Source of the DNA: Bdellovibrionota bacterium
GTDB taxonomy: Bacteria; Bdellovibrionota_C; UBA2361; OMII01
Direction of reading: 5' to 3'
NCBI GenBank assembly: GCA_044356215.1
Contig: JBIKWQ010000043.1
Location: 1 to 29,393, forward strand
DNA length: 29,393 nt
Shown here: in pieces, positions 8,636 through 16,458 of the stretch
Position numbering within the stretch: the first letter of the stretch is position 1
Layout: each line of letters starts with the position of its first letter
Made by a program: the position numbers and the translations under genes
Notes under the pieces: model-generated
Seen by the model: the letters and a program-made list of their open reading frames with translations, nothing else
The model's database searches: none
What the model was told of the DNA's origin: nothing

Positions 8636-9475
8636 CTACCCCCTCTGCCTAACCACCTCATAAAGCAGGATCGACGCCGCGCAGCTTACATTTAGCGAAG
8701 ATAACGCGCCTCCTATCGGAATCTTTACTACAGAGTCGCAGATCTCCCAGTATCCCCGCGACATACCAACCGTCTCGTTGCCCATAATCAGGACAGTAGG
8801 ACGAGTAAATGATTGCTCAGTTATAAGCTTCTCAGTCTTTCCGCTGCTGCCTACAACTTGATAGTCATAACCACGATCCCGAGCTGACTTAACCCAATCT
8901 GCTATCTCTAAGTGCGAAGCAGCCGTAGCAACCGGCATGGCGAATATCGCTCCCATACTCCCACGCACAACATAGGGATCATAAAGATCCACAGCGTGGC
9001 CAGTTACGATCACACCATCGGCGCCAAACGCGTCGGCGGACCTTAGTGAAGAGCCCAGGTTCCCAGGGCTGCTCGGTCGATCGAAGACAACTATTAGCCC
9101 CCCGTCTTTCGCTTTGATATCAGCGGGGGTTAACTTACGGGCCTCGACTATCGCTAAAAGCTCCGATGTCTCGTCCTTGTCGCTTAAGTCCGCCATCAAC
9201 TCCGGAGCTAGCTCCCACAGCTCGGTCGCCACATTCCCTTTAATCAGCTCCTCTGCCCAACGGGATAGGGAGCGCCCAGAGGCAAAGAGCAGTGCCTCTA
9301 TGGCCCAACCGTGCTTTACAGCGAGGTTTATCTGAGCCACCCCCTCAACCAGGAACTGTCCAGCACGGGTCCGTTTCTCACGATTACGCTTAATAACCTC
9401 AGCACGTTGAAAAAAGTTATCGCGTTTTAATACCTTACGCTCTCTTGCTGGTTTTGAAGATCGGCTCGATGTCAT
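8636..9475 (-). CDS. TrmH/SpoU-family RNA 2'-O-methyltransferase
   Basis: FLVEG, PGNLGSSLRSADAFG, RGSMGAIF, MGNETVG, KIP...SSLNVSCAASILLYE. Confidence 0.93.
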   Translation of the reverse strand: MTSSRSSKPARERKVLKRDNFFQRAEVIKRNREKRTRAGQFLVEGVAQINLAVKHGWAIEALLFASGRSLSRWAEELIKGNVATELWELAPELMADLSDKDETSELLAIVEARKLTPADIKAKDGGLIVVFDRPSSPGNLGSSLRSADAFGADGVIVTGHAVDLYDPYVVRGSMGAIFAMPVATAASHLEIADWVKSARDRGYDYQVVGSSGKTEKLITEQSFTRPTVLIMGNETVGMSRGYWEICDSVVKIPIGGALSSLNVSCAASILLYEVVRQRG

Positions 9476-9617
9476 CTCTAGCTGCTCTAAGCACCTGATT
9501 ATACGTTTCTATCGCCAAAATCCGCCCTTTTTTCGGCGGATTGCAACCGATGATTTGCCTGGCAAAACAAATCAACTAAAATTATTGACTTTTTTTAATC
9601 ACTTTGCGCAATCACTT

Positions 9618-9646
9618 TTGACAGACTTACATCCTACTGTTTAAAT
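9618..9646 (+). promoter_or_regulatory. Sigma70-type promoter for ihfB
   Basis: TTGACA-17 nt-TTAAAT with a TG extension. Confidence 0.55.
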
Positions 9647-9652
9647 GATCAA

Positions 9653-9737
9653 GTGCCTGTAGTGTTCGGTGGTTAGGTCGTTTGGTGAGCTGCTTCAAAC
9701 TGAAGCGAGCTAGTCTAAGCGACATGAACGGAGGCAC
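9653..9737 (+). ncRNA. Structured 5' leader or small RNA upstream of ihfB (unassigned)
   Basis: Nested stems GTGCCT/AGGCAC, GTTC/GAAC, GTCGTTTGG/CTAAGCGAC, AGCT/AGCT, GCTTCA/TGAAGC. Begins at the predicted +1. Confidence 0.4.
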
Positions 9738-9788
9738 AGAGTTTTATTTAGCGAATTCATCCCAGTACCTTTTTGGGGGGTAAAGATA

Positions 9789-10097
9789 GTGAACAAATCG
9801 GAATTAATCGAAAAGTTAGCGCAGCGTTGTGGTATCAGCATTATTCAAGCTGAAGAGGTAGTTACTCTTATATATCGCAAGATGCGTGACACATTGGTTT
9901 CGGGCGGCCGTATAGAGATCCGCGGATTCGGCAGCTTCGTCGTAAAAGAGTACGGAGCCTATGAGGGTCGTAATCCTAAAACCGGTGAGAAGATCGCCGT
10001 TCCACCGAAAAAACTTCCTTTTTTCAAGGTAGGTAAGGAGCTTAAGGAGCGGATCGATAGCGAGGCAGCTAAGAGCGCTGGCGAGGGCGAGCGTTAG
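9789..10097 (+). CDS. ihfB: Integration host factor beta / HU-family DNA-binding protein
   Basis: MNKSELIE, RIEIRGFGSF, GRNPKTGE, PFFKVGKELKERI. Confidence 0.88.
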   Translation: MNKSELIEKLAQRCGISIIQAEEVVTLIYRKMRDTLVSGGRIEIRGFGSFVVKEYGAYEGRNPKTGEKIAVPPKKLPFFKVGKELKERIDSEAAKSAGEGER

Positions 10098-10105
10098 AAT
10101 AATTT

Positions 10106-10378
10106 ATGTCCAATTCTCCGAGAAATACGGGCGCGCCGCAGTATCGGCGCGTCCAAGTTAGTCGTGTAATTTCAAGTCGCTATGCAGGTGATTCAAGACC
10201 CGACTCATGGGATCTGCGCCAGGCAGGAATTGACACGGTCGAAGTCAGCGGAGGCGAGGTTCTAAAGCTCGCTAGTACCCCGATGCAGTCTCCTCCTAAA
10301 CCAGGTTGGGTCCTTATGCTCACTGGCGGTGATAAAGAGGGATACTCCTGGACGCTCTACGGGATGAGTAGGCGTTAA
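10106..10378 (+). CDS. Hypothetical protein (90 aa)
   Basis: ATG 8 nt after the ihfB stop, globular beta-rich composition. Confidence 0.65.
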   Translation: MSNSPRNTGAPQYRRVQVSRVISSRYAGDSRPDSWDLRQAGIDTVEVSGGEVLKLASTPMQSPPKPGWVLMLTGGDKEGYSWTLYGMSRR

Positions 10379-10568
10379 TTCACTTTAATTCATAAATAAC
10401 AGTGCTCGTTTAGGGGCCTTCTAGCATCCTATTATTCATGAGCGCGGCAAAATCGCTTGGAGCTACCTTCGGTCAGTAGGTATACTAAAGGGGTGCTCCG
10501 GAGTTTAACGCGCGCGGGCGTTAATGTGACGCCTTTAGGTTTTAATTGAGGTTAGGCAGGAGAATCAT

Positions 10569-10760
10569 ATGGACTCACGTCAAGGTCAAGAGAGCGGCGA
10601 AACTGTTACAGTTCAAACGACTATCGGAGATCTGATCGAAGCGATCACCGACGTAGCTATGCAGGCCGGAAAGACTGAAGAGGAGTGTTACCGCCTAGCT
10701 TCATTTACCATCGAGAAGCTTCTCCGAGAGAAGCGCCACAAAGACATCCTAGAAGCGTAG
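10569..10760 (+). CDS. Small hypothetical protein (63 aa)
   Basis: AGGAG RBS, candidate promoter TTGGAG-18-TATACT (10457-10486), followed by a hairpin. Confidence 0.7.
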   Translation: MDSRQGQESGETVTVQTTIGDLIEAITDVAMQAGKTEEECYRLASFTIEKLLREKRHKDILEA

Positions 10761-10761
10761 G

Positions 10762-10798
10762 AAGTCAGGGCATCCAGCCGGGATGCTTGCTTGATTTT
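10762..10798 (+). terminator. Probable terminator hairpin
   Basis: GCATCC/GGATGC core (10770-10786) with an extendable stem and a T-rich tail, directly after the stop. Confidence 0.45.
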
Positions 10799-10854
10799 CA
10801 GCACTCTGGCACTCTTTTACCTCATAATTATATCCCCTTAAGGTAAGAGAGAAG

Positions 10855-11859
10855 ATGGTTAAAGAAGCCCCAGTCATCGCGATCGTCGGAGCTACCGGTC
10901 TAGTAGGTAGCGAGATGTTGGTTATAACCGAGGAGCGCGGGATTCCGTGTTCTGAGATGCGTCTCTTAGCCTCCAAGGACTCAGTCGGAGAGGTTTATAA
11001 GTTTCATGATAAAGAGGTCGAGGTAGCGGAGCTGAAAGAGGATTCTTTTGATGGGGTTGATTTTGCGCTTTTTGGAACATCTGCCGAGCTGTCAGCTAAG
11101 TTCGCTCCTATAGCTGTGAAGGCTGGCGCGGTCGTGATCGATAACTCAAGCCATTTCCGCATGGATCCTCAGATTCCTCTAGTAGTTCCTGAGGTGAATC
11201 TTTCTGCAGTAACTAAGGACACAAAGATAATAGCCAACCCTAACTGCTCTACTATTCAGCTAGTTACTGTTTTGAACCTGATTCATGAGCTCGCGGGGCT
11301 AAAGCACGTTGTAGTCTCGACTTATCAATCCGTATCAGGAGCTGGTAAGAACGCGCTCGATGAGTTGTGGAGTCAGACGATCGCTATCTGTAATCAGCAG
11401 GAGATGACTCAAGAGGTATTTCAACATCAGATCGCATTTAACTGCATACCACAGATCGATCTCTTCCTTGAGGACGGATACACCAAAGAGGAGCACAAGA
11501 TTATTAAGGAGAGTAGGAAGATTCTGGGGATTCCGGATTTACGGATTACGGCTACGGCTGTGAGGGTGCCTGTTTTCTTCAGTCATGCGGAGAGTGTTTT
11601 TGTTGAGACCGAACGAGAGCTTTCACCCGATGATTTCGTAAAGGGACTATCTGCCAAATCTGGTATCGTTGCACGTGGAGCAATGGAGCAGTATCCGATG
11701 CAGATCGATATCGCCGGACAAGATGAGGTGTATGTTGGGCGTATTCGCAAAGATATATCTGTGGACCACGGATTATCGTTCTGGATAGTGGCGGACAACG
11801 TTCGTAAGGGTGCCGCTCTTAACGCTGTGCAGATAATGGAGCGGCTGCTATCGCGGTAA
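10855..11859 (+). CDS. asd: Aspartate-semialdehyde dehydrogenase
   Basis: VGATGLVG, DNSSHFRM, IANPNCST, STYQSVSGAG, RVPV, DNVRKGAALNAVQI. Confidence 0.96.
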   Translation: MVKEAPVIAIVGATGLVGSEMLVITEERGIPCSEMRLLASKDSVGEVYKFHDKEVEVAELKEDSFDGVDFALFGTSAELSAKFAPIAVKAGAVVIDNSSHFRMDPQIPLVVPEVNLSAVTKDTKIIANPNCSTIQLVTVLNLIHELAGLKHVVVSTYQSVSGAGKNALDELWSQTIAICNQQEMTQEVFQHQIAFNCIPQIDLFLEDGYTKEEHKIIKESRKILGIPDLRITATAVRVPVFFSHAESVFVETERELSPDDFVKGLSAKSGIVARGAMEQYPMQIDIAGQDEVYVGRIRKDISVDHGLSFWIVADNVRKGAALNAVQIMERLLSR

Positions 11860-11913
11860 CTATAATTTTCCGTTTGCGATCACGCGCCGTGAATAGGATA
11901 TAAAGATCACTAT

Positions 11914-12687
11914 ATGGTGCGGCAGATAAAATTGGTGGTCGAGTATAACGGGCATAATTTCCACGGTTGGCAGAAACAACCGGGCCTGCGAACTATTCAA
12001 GGAGAATTAGAGAAGATAATCTCTGTTGTGTTAAGGAGTCCGTCCGGGACCCTGCACGCTGCTGGACGCACAGACGCCGGGGTGCACGCGCGGGGACAGG
12101 TAGTTACATTTCGCACCGAAGCTGAGGTTGATTTATATCGGCTTGCGAATGGAGTTAGTCACCTAATGAAGGGTGAGCTTTCTGTTGTGAAAGCTGAGTT
12201 TGTGCCGCTCGAATTTCATCCGGGGATATCATCAACTCATAAGCAGTATTCGTACCGAATTCTTAATCGAGCGACGCCAGCTGTTTTAGACGCGCACCGT
12301 TTGTGGCACATCGCGCCGAAATTAGACTTAGAGCGGATGAGGGAAGACGCTCGACTATTAATCGGCACGCGAGATTTCTCAGCTTTCCGTGATTCAACCT
12401 GTACGGCCACATCGCCGGTTAAGACGATCTATGATTCATACTTTGAGCGAGATGGAGATCTGATAACTTATTACGTTGTAGGCACCGGATTCTTAAAGCA
12501 GATGGTGCGTAATATTATTGGGACCTTAACTGATATTGGACGGGGACGATTGAGAGCTAGGAGCTTTAAAGAGATTATAGAATCTCAGGATCGCAGATTG
12601 GCGGGAGTCACTGCTCCTCCGCATGGCTTAACGATGGACTGGGTGTCGTATGGAGAGGTTAAAGATACGGGGCTACTAGATCTTTGA
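11914..12687 (+). CDS. truA: tRNA pseudouridine(38-40) synthase
   Basis: YNG.NFHGWQ.Q, AGRTDAGVHA.GQ, GFLKQMVR.I.G, TAPPHGL. Classic asd-truA order. Confidence 0.96.
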   Translation: MVRQIKLVVEYNGHNFHGWQKQPGLRTIQGELEKIISVVLRSPSGTLHAAGRTDAGVHARGQVVTFRTEAEVDLYRLANGVSHLMKGELSVVKAEFVPLEFHPGISSTHKQYSYRILNRATPAVLDAHRLWHIAPKLDLERMREDARLLIGTRDFSAFRDSTCTATSPVKTIYDSYFERDGDLITYYVVGTGFLKQMVRNIIGTLTDIGRGRLRARSFKEIIESQDRRLAGVTAPPHGLTMDWVSYGEVKDTGLLDL

Positions 12688-13474
12688 ATGCGTCGAGGCA
12701 GCTAGGGTAGTGCTCGCGGAGTCTGCACAGGAAGGTAGTTTTAGGGGAGGTTCCGAGTGTGTCGTTTATCTCGGGATTCTCGCGCATCCATTTATCGAAG
12801 GTCCCTATCGACTTTAGTATTTCCGGGAGTGATTCGTGGGGTTGATTGTTTATCCAGGCGAATAAAAGATTGGTTCTGCGGGCCCCAGGGTACATCGCAT
12901 GTATAAAGCGCTGATTGCTTTCGATCGCTATACTGGTGTTGGGGTGATAATCATCTCCTAGCCCATCTATAAGGAAGCAAATTCGAGCACTAAGGGAGTA
13001 GTCCTTGAGATCGATGGCAATGCGCCGCTGATCGTCTGAGTACTTGACATCTTCCCTTTGAGCAAAAAGAATCCGAGCCCAGTTCTCTGGCGTAGTGTTG
13101 ATATATGTCCTGATAAAGCTGGTTGGGTCGCTTGGATCAAGGGGAAGATTTAGTTTCGCGGCTTGCTCTAGATCTGTGGGGGTTAGTTGGCGCAAGGTCC
13201 GGTCGATAAGTTTCCGAAGGTGGACATTCTCCCCACTTAAATCAATACTTTCCAATGCACGCAGCAGATCAGGATCCGCGCCTGCCGCTTGAATAAGACG
13301 CTGCTGGGCCACGACCACATTTGCCGCTGGCGTGCTTCGCCACTCTGGCAAAGGCGTGTTAATAGCTTTAATGAAATCTTCACCAACCACACGACCTATG
13401 AGGGCCTCTGCGGGGGTGGAATACTGAGAGTTAAACATCGGCGCGATTATACTGAATCTCAGCTGGATAGTCAT
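12659..13474 (-). CDS. Hypothetical protein
   Basis: 271-codon ORF with helical composition. Overlaps the truA 3' end convergently by 29 bp. Start may be ATG 13438. Confidence 0.6.
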   Translation of the reverse strand: MTIQLRFSIIAPMFNSQYSTPAEALIGRVVGEDFIKAINTPLPEWRSTPAANVVVAQQRLIQAAGADPDLLRALESIDLSGENVHLRKLIDRTLRQLTPTDLEQAAKLNLPLDPSDPTSFIRTYINTTPENWARILFAQREDVKYSDDQRRIAIDLKDYSLSARICFLIDGLGDDYHPNTSIAIESNQRFIHAMYPGARRTNLLFAWINNQPHESLPEILKSIGTFDKWMRENPEINDTLGTSPKTTFLCRLREHYPSCLDAFKDLVAPYL

Positions 13475-13591
13475 GATGCGAGGCTCACATTTTTGTGAAT
13501 CAAGTAGGTGAAAAAAGAGTTTATTTGCCGGGACAACCGCCTAAGGGTTGTAGTTGAGGGGGGCCAACTCAAACGTCTTCCGCCTTGGCGG

Positions 13592-13742
13592 TAGGCGTCG
13601 CAGTTCTTTATCACCACAGAGGACGCAGAGGACACAGAGAACGGCCATTTTATGGGCAATTATAGAGTTTTCTCTGCGTCATCTGTGGTAGAAATATTTT
13701 ACTAATTATCCCAGCAGCTAACCAAAAACACTGCGACGCGCT
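13592..13742 (+). mobile_element. MITE-like nested palindromic element, copy 3
   Basis: Same sequence as copy 2 but the right arm lacks one 9-bp unit. Flanked by the direct repeat GCCTTGGCGG (13582-13591 / 13743-13752). Confidence 0.85.
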
Positions 13743-13793
13743 GCCTTGGCGGAATGCTCCGAGTGATTGTTTTTCTATAAACTTCCGTCGGGC

Positions 13794-14108
13794 CTATGCA
13801 GCCAGTCGACTGGCGCGAGTAAAAGTGACTTTGGTTTTAAAGCCAAGGGAATAAAGAATTCGAAGTAATAGATCGGTCGACATTCCAGCGGTATTTCCGT
13901 TTAAAATCGCCGTGACGCGCGTTCGTGAAGCCTTCGCTAGCTTGGCAACCTCTTCGTGAGTCAATTTCTTCGCCTTGACAGCGTCGATGATCTTCTTATT
14001 AAGCTTAGCGCGAAATTCGATCTCTATCGCTTCGATTGGATCAATTTCCAGCAATTCGGCAAGTTCTTTTGTGCTCCTTGCGCTATAAATCCTAAGTCGC
14101 TTTTTCAT
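13794..14108 (-). CDS. XRE-family HTH antitoxin (HigA-like)
   Basis: LTHEEVAKLAKASRTRVTAILNG...STDLLLRILYSLG helix-turn-helix. Overlapped by a toxin C-terminal remnant. Confidence 0.85.
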   Translation of the reverse strand: MKKRLRIYSARSTKELAELLEIDPIEAIEIEFRAKLNKKIIDAVKAKKLTHEEVAKLAKASRTRVTAILNGNTAGMSTDLLLRILYSLGFKTKVTFTRASRLAA

Positions 14109-14172
14109 TTGTTAGCATCTCCTTTAAACGTTTCCTGGCAAGATCGATCTCGTCCCGCGGGGTCTTCTGAGT
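14092..14172 (-). pseudogene. C-terminal remnant of a HigB/RelE (Gp49-like) toxin
   Basis: Reads TQKTPRDEIDLARKRLKEMLTNEKAT*, the typical Gp49-like C-terminus. In-frame stop upstream at 14203-14205 and no start codon. Confidence 0.8.
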
Positions 14173-14203
14173 CGTATGACGCAGAGTATGGCGTGCCTTA
14201 TGT

Positions 14204-14391
14204 TAGGGAAGGCCGGCAAAACCCCTCCCTACTGCGAAAGTGGATCTTGAGCTGCTCTTCGATTTTCGAGATGGGAAAAAATCCTCAATGTATCACAGGG
14301 GATACACCTGCGGTTTTTTCCCATCTCGAAAATCGAATATCAACTCAACCTCCACTTTCTCGCTACGGGTAGGTTTTGCCGGCCTTCCTTA
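14204..14391. mobile_element. Long foldback (palindromic) element, second family
   Basis: Ungapped imperfect palindrome with perfect 17-bp (14207-14223 / 14372-14388) and 24-bp (14258-14281 / 14314-14337) stems. TA at both ends. Confidence 0.7.
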
Positions 14392-14413
14392 GTTAAGCAT
14401 CCATCCTTGCTCC

Positions 14414-15136
14414 TCACCCCTCCGGACTCCAACCAGTCACCCCCGAATAAATATCAACAAATAGCCTAAATTGCGCGGCGAATAATTCGCTGATACCCTG
14501 CGCGCCGTTAAAGGCCCACGCTAACGCTAGCGAGAGTGTTAATAGATTCCAAACGCAGATGTAGGTGACACCAACTCCGTAACCGCCGCGAATTAATGTG
14601 ATATCGGTCTGTGCCGGAGAGACATCGCGGGCGTTCATAAGTAGATCTATTCCGTACGCGATGCCGACTATAATTACGGTTCTCTGTGAACCTGCTGTCC
14701 CCAAAGCGAAAGAGAGAAGGGCGCCTAAAAAGGTAAAGACCGGCAAGATATAGGGTGCTAGCGCGATAAACGCGTTGTAGTGGGCGGTTTTCTTTGTGTA
14801 CTCGTATTGCAGGCTTCCAGAGTTTTTGTTGACCTCCATCTTCTTGTTGCGGTTCCCGACGAGGTTCGAGACGATCCCGTGCTTCCACTCGTGGATCAAA
14901 ACCGATATGTGGCCTCTTATAAATCGGAGAGCGATGAACAAGCCAACTAAGAAAGACGTGCCAAATATTATGACGGTCAAAATATCGGCGTGCGTTATCT
15001 GGCTGATGGCGGTTCTAAAGAAAAGAACGCTCGTTGGTAAAAGAAGGCACAGGGACAGGAGAAAAGCGAAGCCGCCGACCGTATCGGCGCTGGTGTCTTT
15101 TATCTCTTTGGCTTTTTTATCTCGGGATGTCCACAC
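14414..15136 (-). CDS. M50-like membrane metallopeptidase
   Basis: HEWKH (HExxH) after TM helices, IALAPY and a downstream TD motif. Confidence 0.7.
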   Translation of the reverse strand: MWTSRDKKAKEIKDTSADTVGGFAFLLSLCLLLPTSVLFFRTAISQITHADILTVIIFGTSFLVGLFIALRFIRGHISVLIHEWKHGIVSNLVGNRNKKMEVNKNSGSLQYEYTKKTAHYNAFIALAPYILPVFTFLGALLSFALGTAGSQRTVIIVGIAYGIDLLMNARDVSPAQTDITLIRGGYGVGVTYICVWNLLTLSLALAWAFNGAQGISELFAAQFRLFVDIYSGVTGWSPEG

Positions 15137-15227
15137 TCTAAATCCGTTGTCGCGCGTATAAAAATATAGCGAGAGCCCTCATAGTAATATAGCATCAGTG
15201 ATTGAACCAGGTGGGTGTTTTGGCCCT

Positions 15228-15387
15228 AGGGAGTCGCAGTTCTTTTTCACCACAGAGGACGCGGAGGACACAGAGAATTGGCCGTCTTATTGGCAATTAT
15301 ACAGATGTCTCTGTGTCCTCCGCGTCCTCTGTGTTAAAAATATTTTGCTTATGACCCAGTAGCTTATCAAAGACACTGCGGAGCACC
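15228..15387 (+). mobile_element. MITE-like nested palindromic element, copy 4
   Basis: TA|GGGAGTCGCAGT left end, degenerate right end ACTGCGGAGCACC, perfect 26-bp inner arms 15251-15276 / 15308-15333. Confidence 0.8.
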
Positions 15388-15428
15388 ATTTTGTCCCGTT
15401 TTACCAACCATATCGTCCTTGCGGTTTT

Positions 15429-16325
15429 ATGATGAATCCTAATCTTAGAGAGCCATGGATCGAAAATGTAGGTGGTCGTCCATCTTTTGAGCAGGAGCTT
15501 GAGTTTAGTTATTGTTCTTGGTGCCTTAATCACGCGGAACTGATTGGGACTCTCATTCCTAAAGATAGACTCAATCGCGCGCTCGATTATCACGCCGATA
15601 GAGATCACGTAAGGATCGTTACCGGCCTCCCCGACGGTTTTCTCAATTGGGTAGCTTGGAGCGGGATTGAACCTGATCTTATTAGGTCGCGAATTGCGGA
15701 GATATCTCGAGATATCTCAGATTGGCTTGGTCCGGTTCGTAGACCTTGTGAGTGGAGTGTGCTTGGGACTCAGCCTCATCGCAACAAGTTAATCTCTGAG
15801 TTAGAGGAGCAGGGGTGGCGCTACTTTTGGTCAGTTCCAGGGATGACGTGTGATCTATCCGGAGGCTATGAATTTGAGCTTTCTGGGGATTTTGAGCTGC
15901 GGAGTGTCAGGAGTGAATCCCAGTCTCGCGATTGGCTTAAGCCTTTTATGGACGGATTTGAAATCAGCATAGAAGGGGAGGGACACTTTGAGCGACTCTT
16001 TAGTAGGATCTGTATCAATGATGATTATCCGTTTCGCAATTACACTCTTTATCGTCAGGAAACTCCCATCTCGAGTGGCTCGCTCTGTTTTCGTTACGGA
16101 GTGGCGGTGATCTTTAATATAGCAACCATCTTTGGCGCGCGATGTCAGGGAGCCGGAACTCAGATGGTCAGAGCTCTAAAAAAAGAGGTGAGCCGGTTAG
16201 GTTATCAGAATATTAGTTTATTCGCGCAGGCCGAGGCGCAGTCTATATATCTAAGAGAGGGCTTTAAGCCTAATTCCTGTTGGTGGGGGGTGTATCGGAG
16301 GGAGTTGGGAGGTGAGGGAGGCTAA
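15429..16325 (+). CDS. GNAT-family N-acetyltransferase
   Basis: C-terminal IFNIAT...R.QG.G acetyl-CoA motif and IY.REGF. Confidence 0.75.
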   Translation: MMNPNLREPWIENVGGRPSFEQELEFSYCSWCLNHAELIGTLIPKDRLNRALDYHADRDHVRIVTGLPDGFLNWVAWSGIEPDLIRSRIAEISRDISDWLGPVRRPCEWSVLGTQPHRNKLISELEEQGWRYFWSVPGMTCDLSGGYEFELSGDFELRSVRSESQSRDWLKPFMDGFEISIEGEGHFERLFSRICINDDYPFRNYTLYRQETPISSGSLCFRYGVAVIFNIATIFGARCQGAGTQMVRALKKEVSRLGYQNISLFAQAEAQSIYLREGFKPNSCWWGVYRRELGGEGG

Positions 16326-16458
16326 GTGAGATATGAACCTAAAAATCGTGCGCGGACAATCCCTAAATAGCCTTTGCATGTAGCGGTCGGGTACGTTGAT
16401 TTTGGGTGAGAACAGATATACCGAGATTCAAGCTCTATTAAGCTGCGCTTTCGTTCGC

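Noticed and set aside
9519..9542. Hairpin AATCCGCC/GGCGGATT as a terminator
   Set aside because: It lies between divergent genes with no transcript ending there. Its function cannot be supported.
9653..9737. SRP RNA or 6S RNA assignment
   Set aside because: It lacks the SRP GGAA tetraloop and conserved internal loops, and it is about half the length of 6S.
13956..14372. 138-aa plus-strand ORF
   Set aside because: It is antisense to higA and the toxin remnant and runs through the foldback. No recognisable motif.
30..15333. CRISPR array interpretation of the 29-bp repeats
   Set aside because: The repeats are inverted pairs scattered kilobases apart with homologous loops, not direct repeats with unique spacers. 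There are no cas genes.
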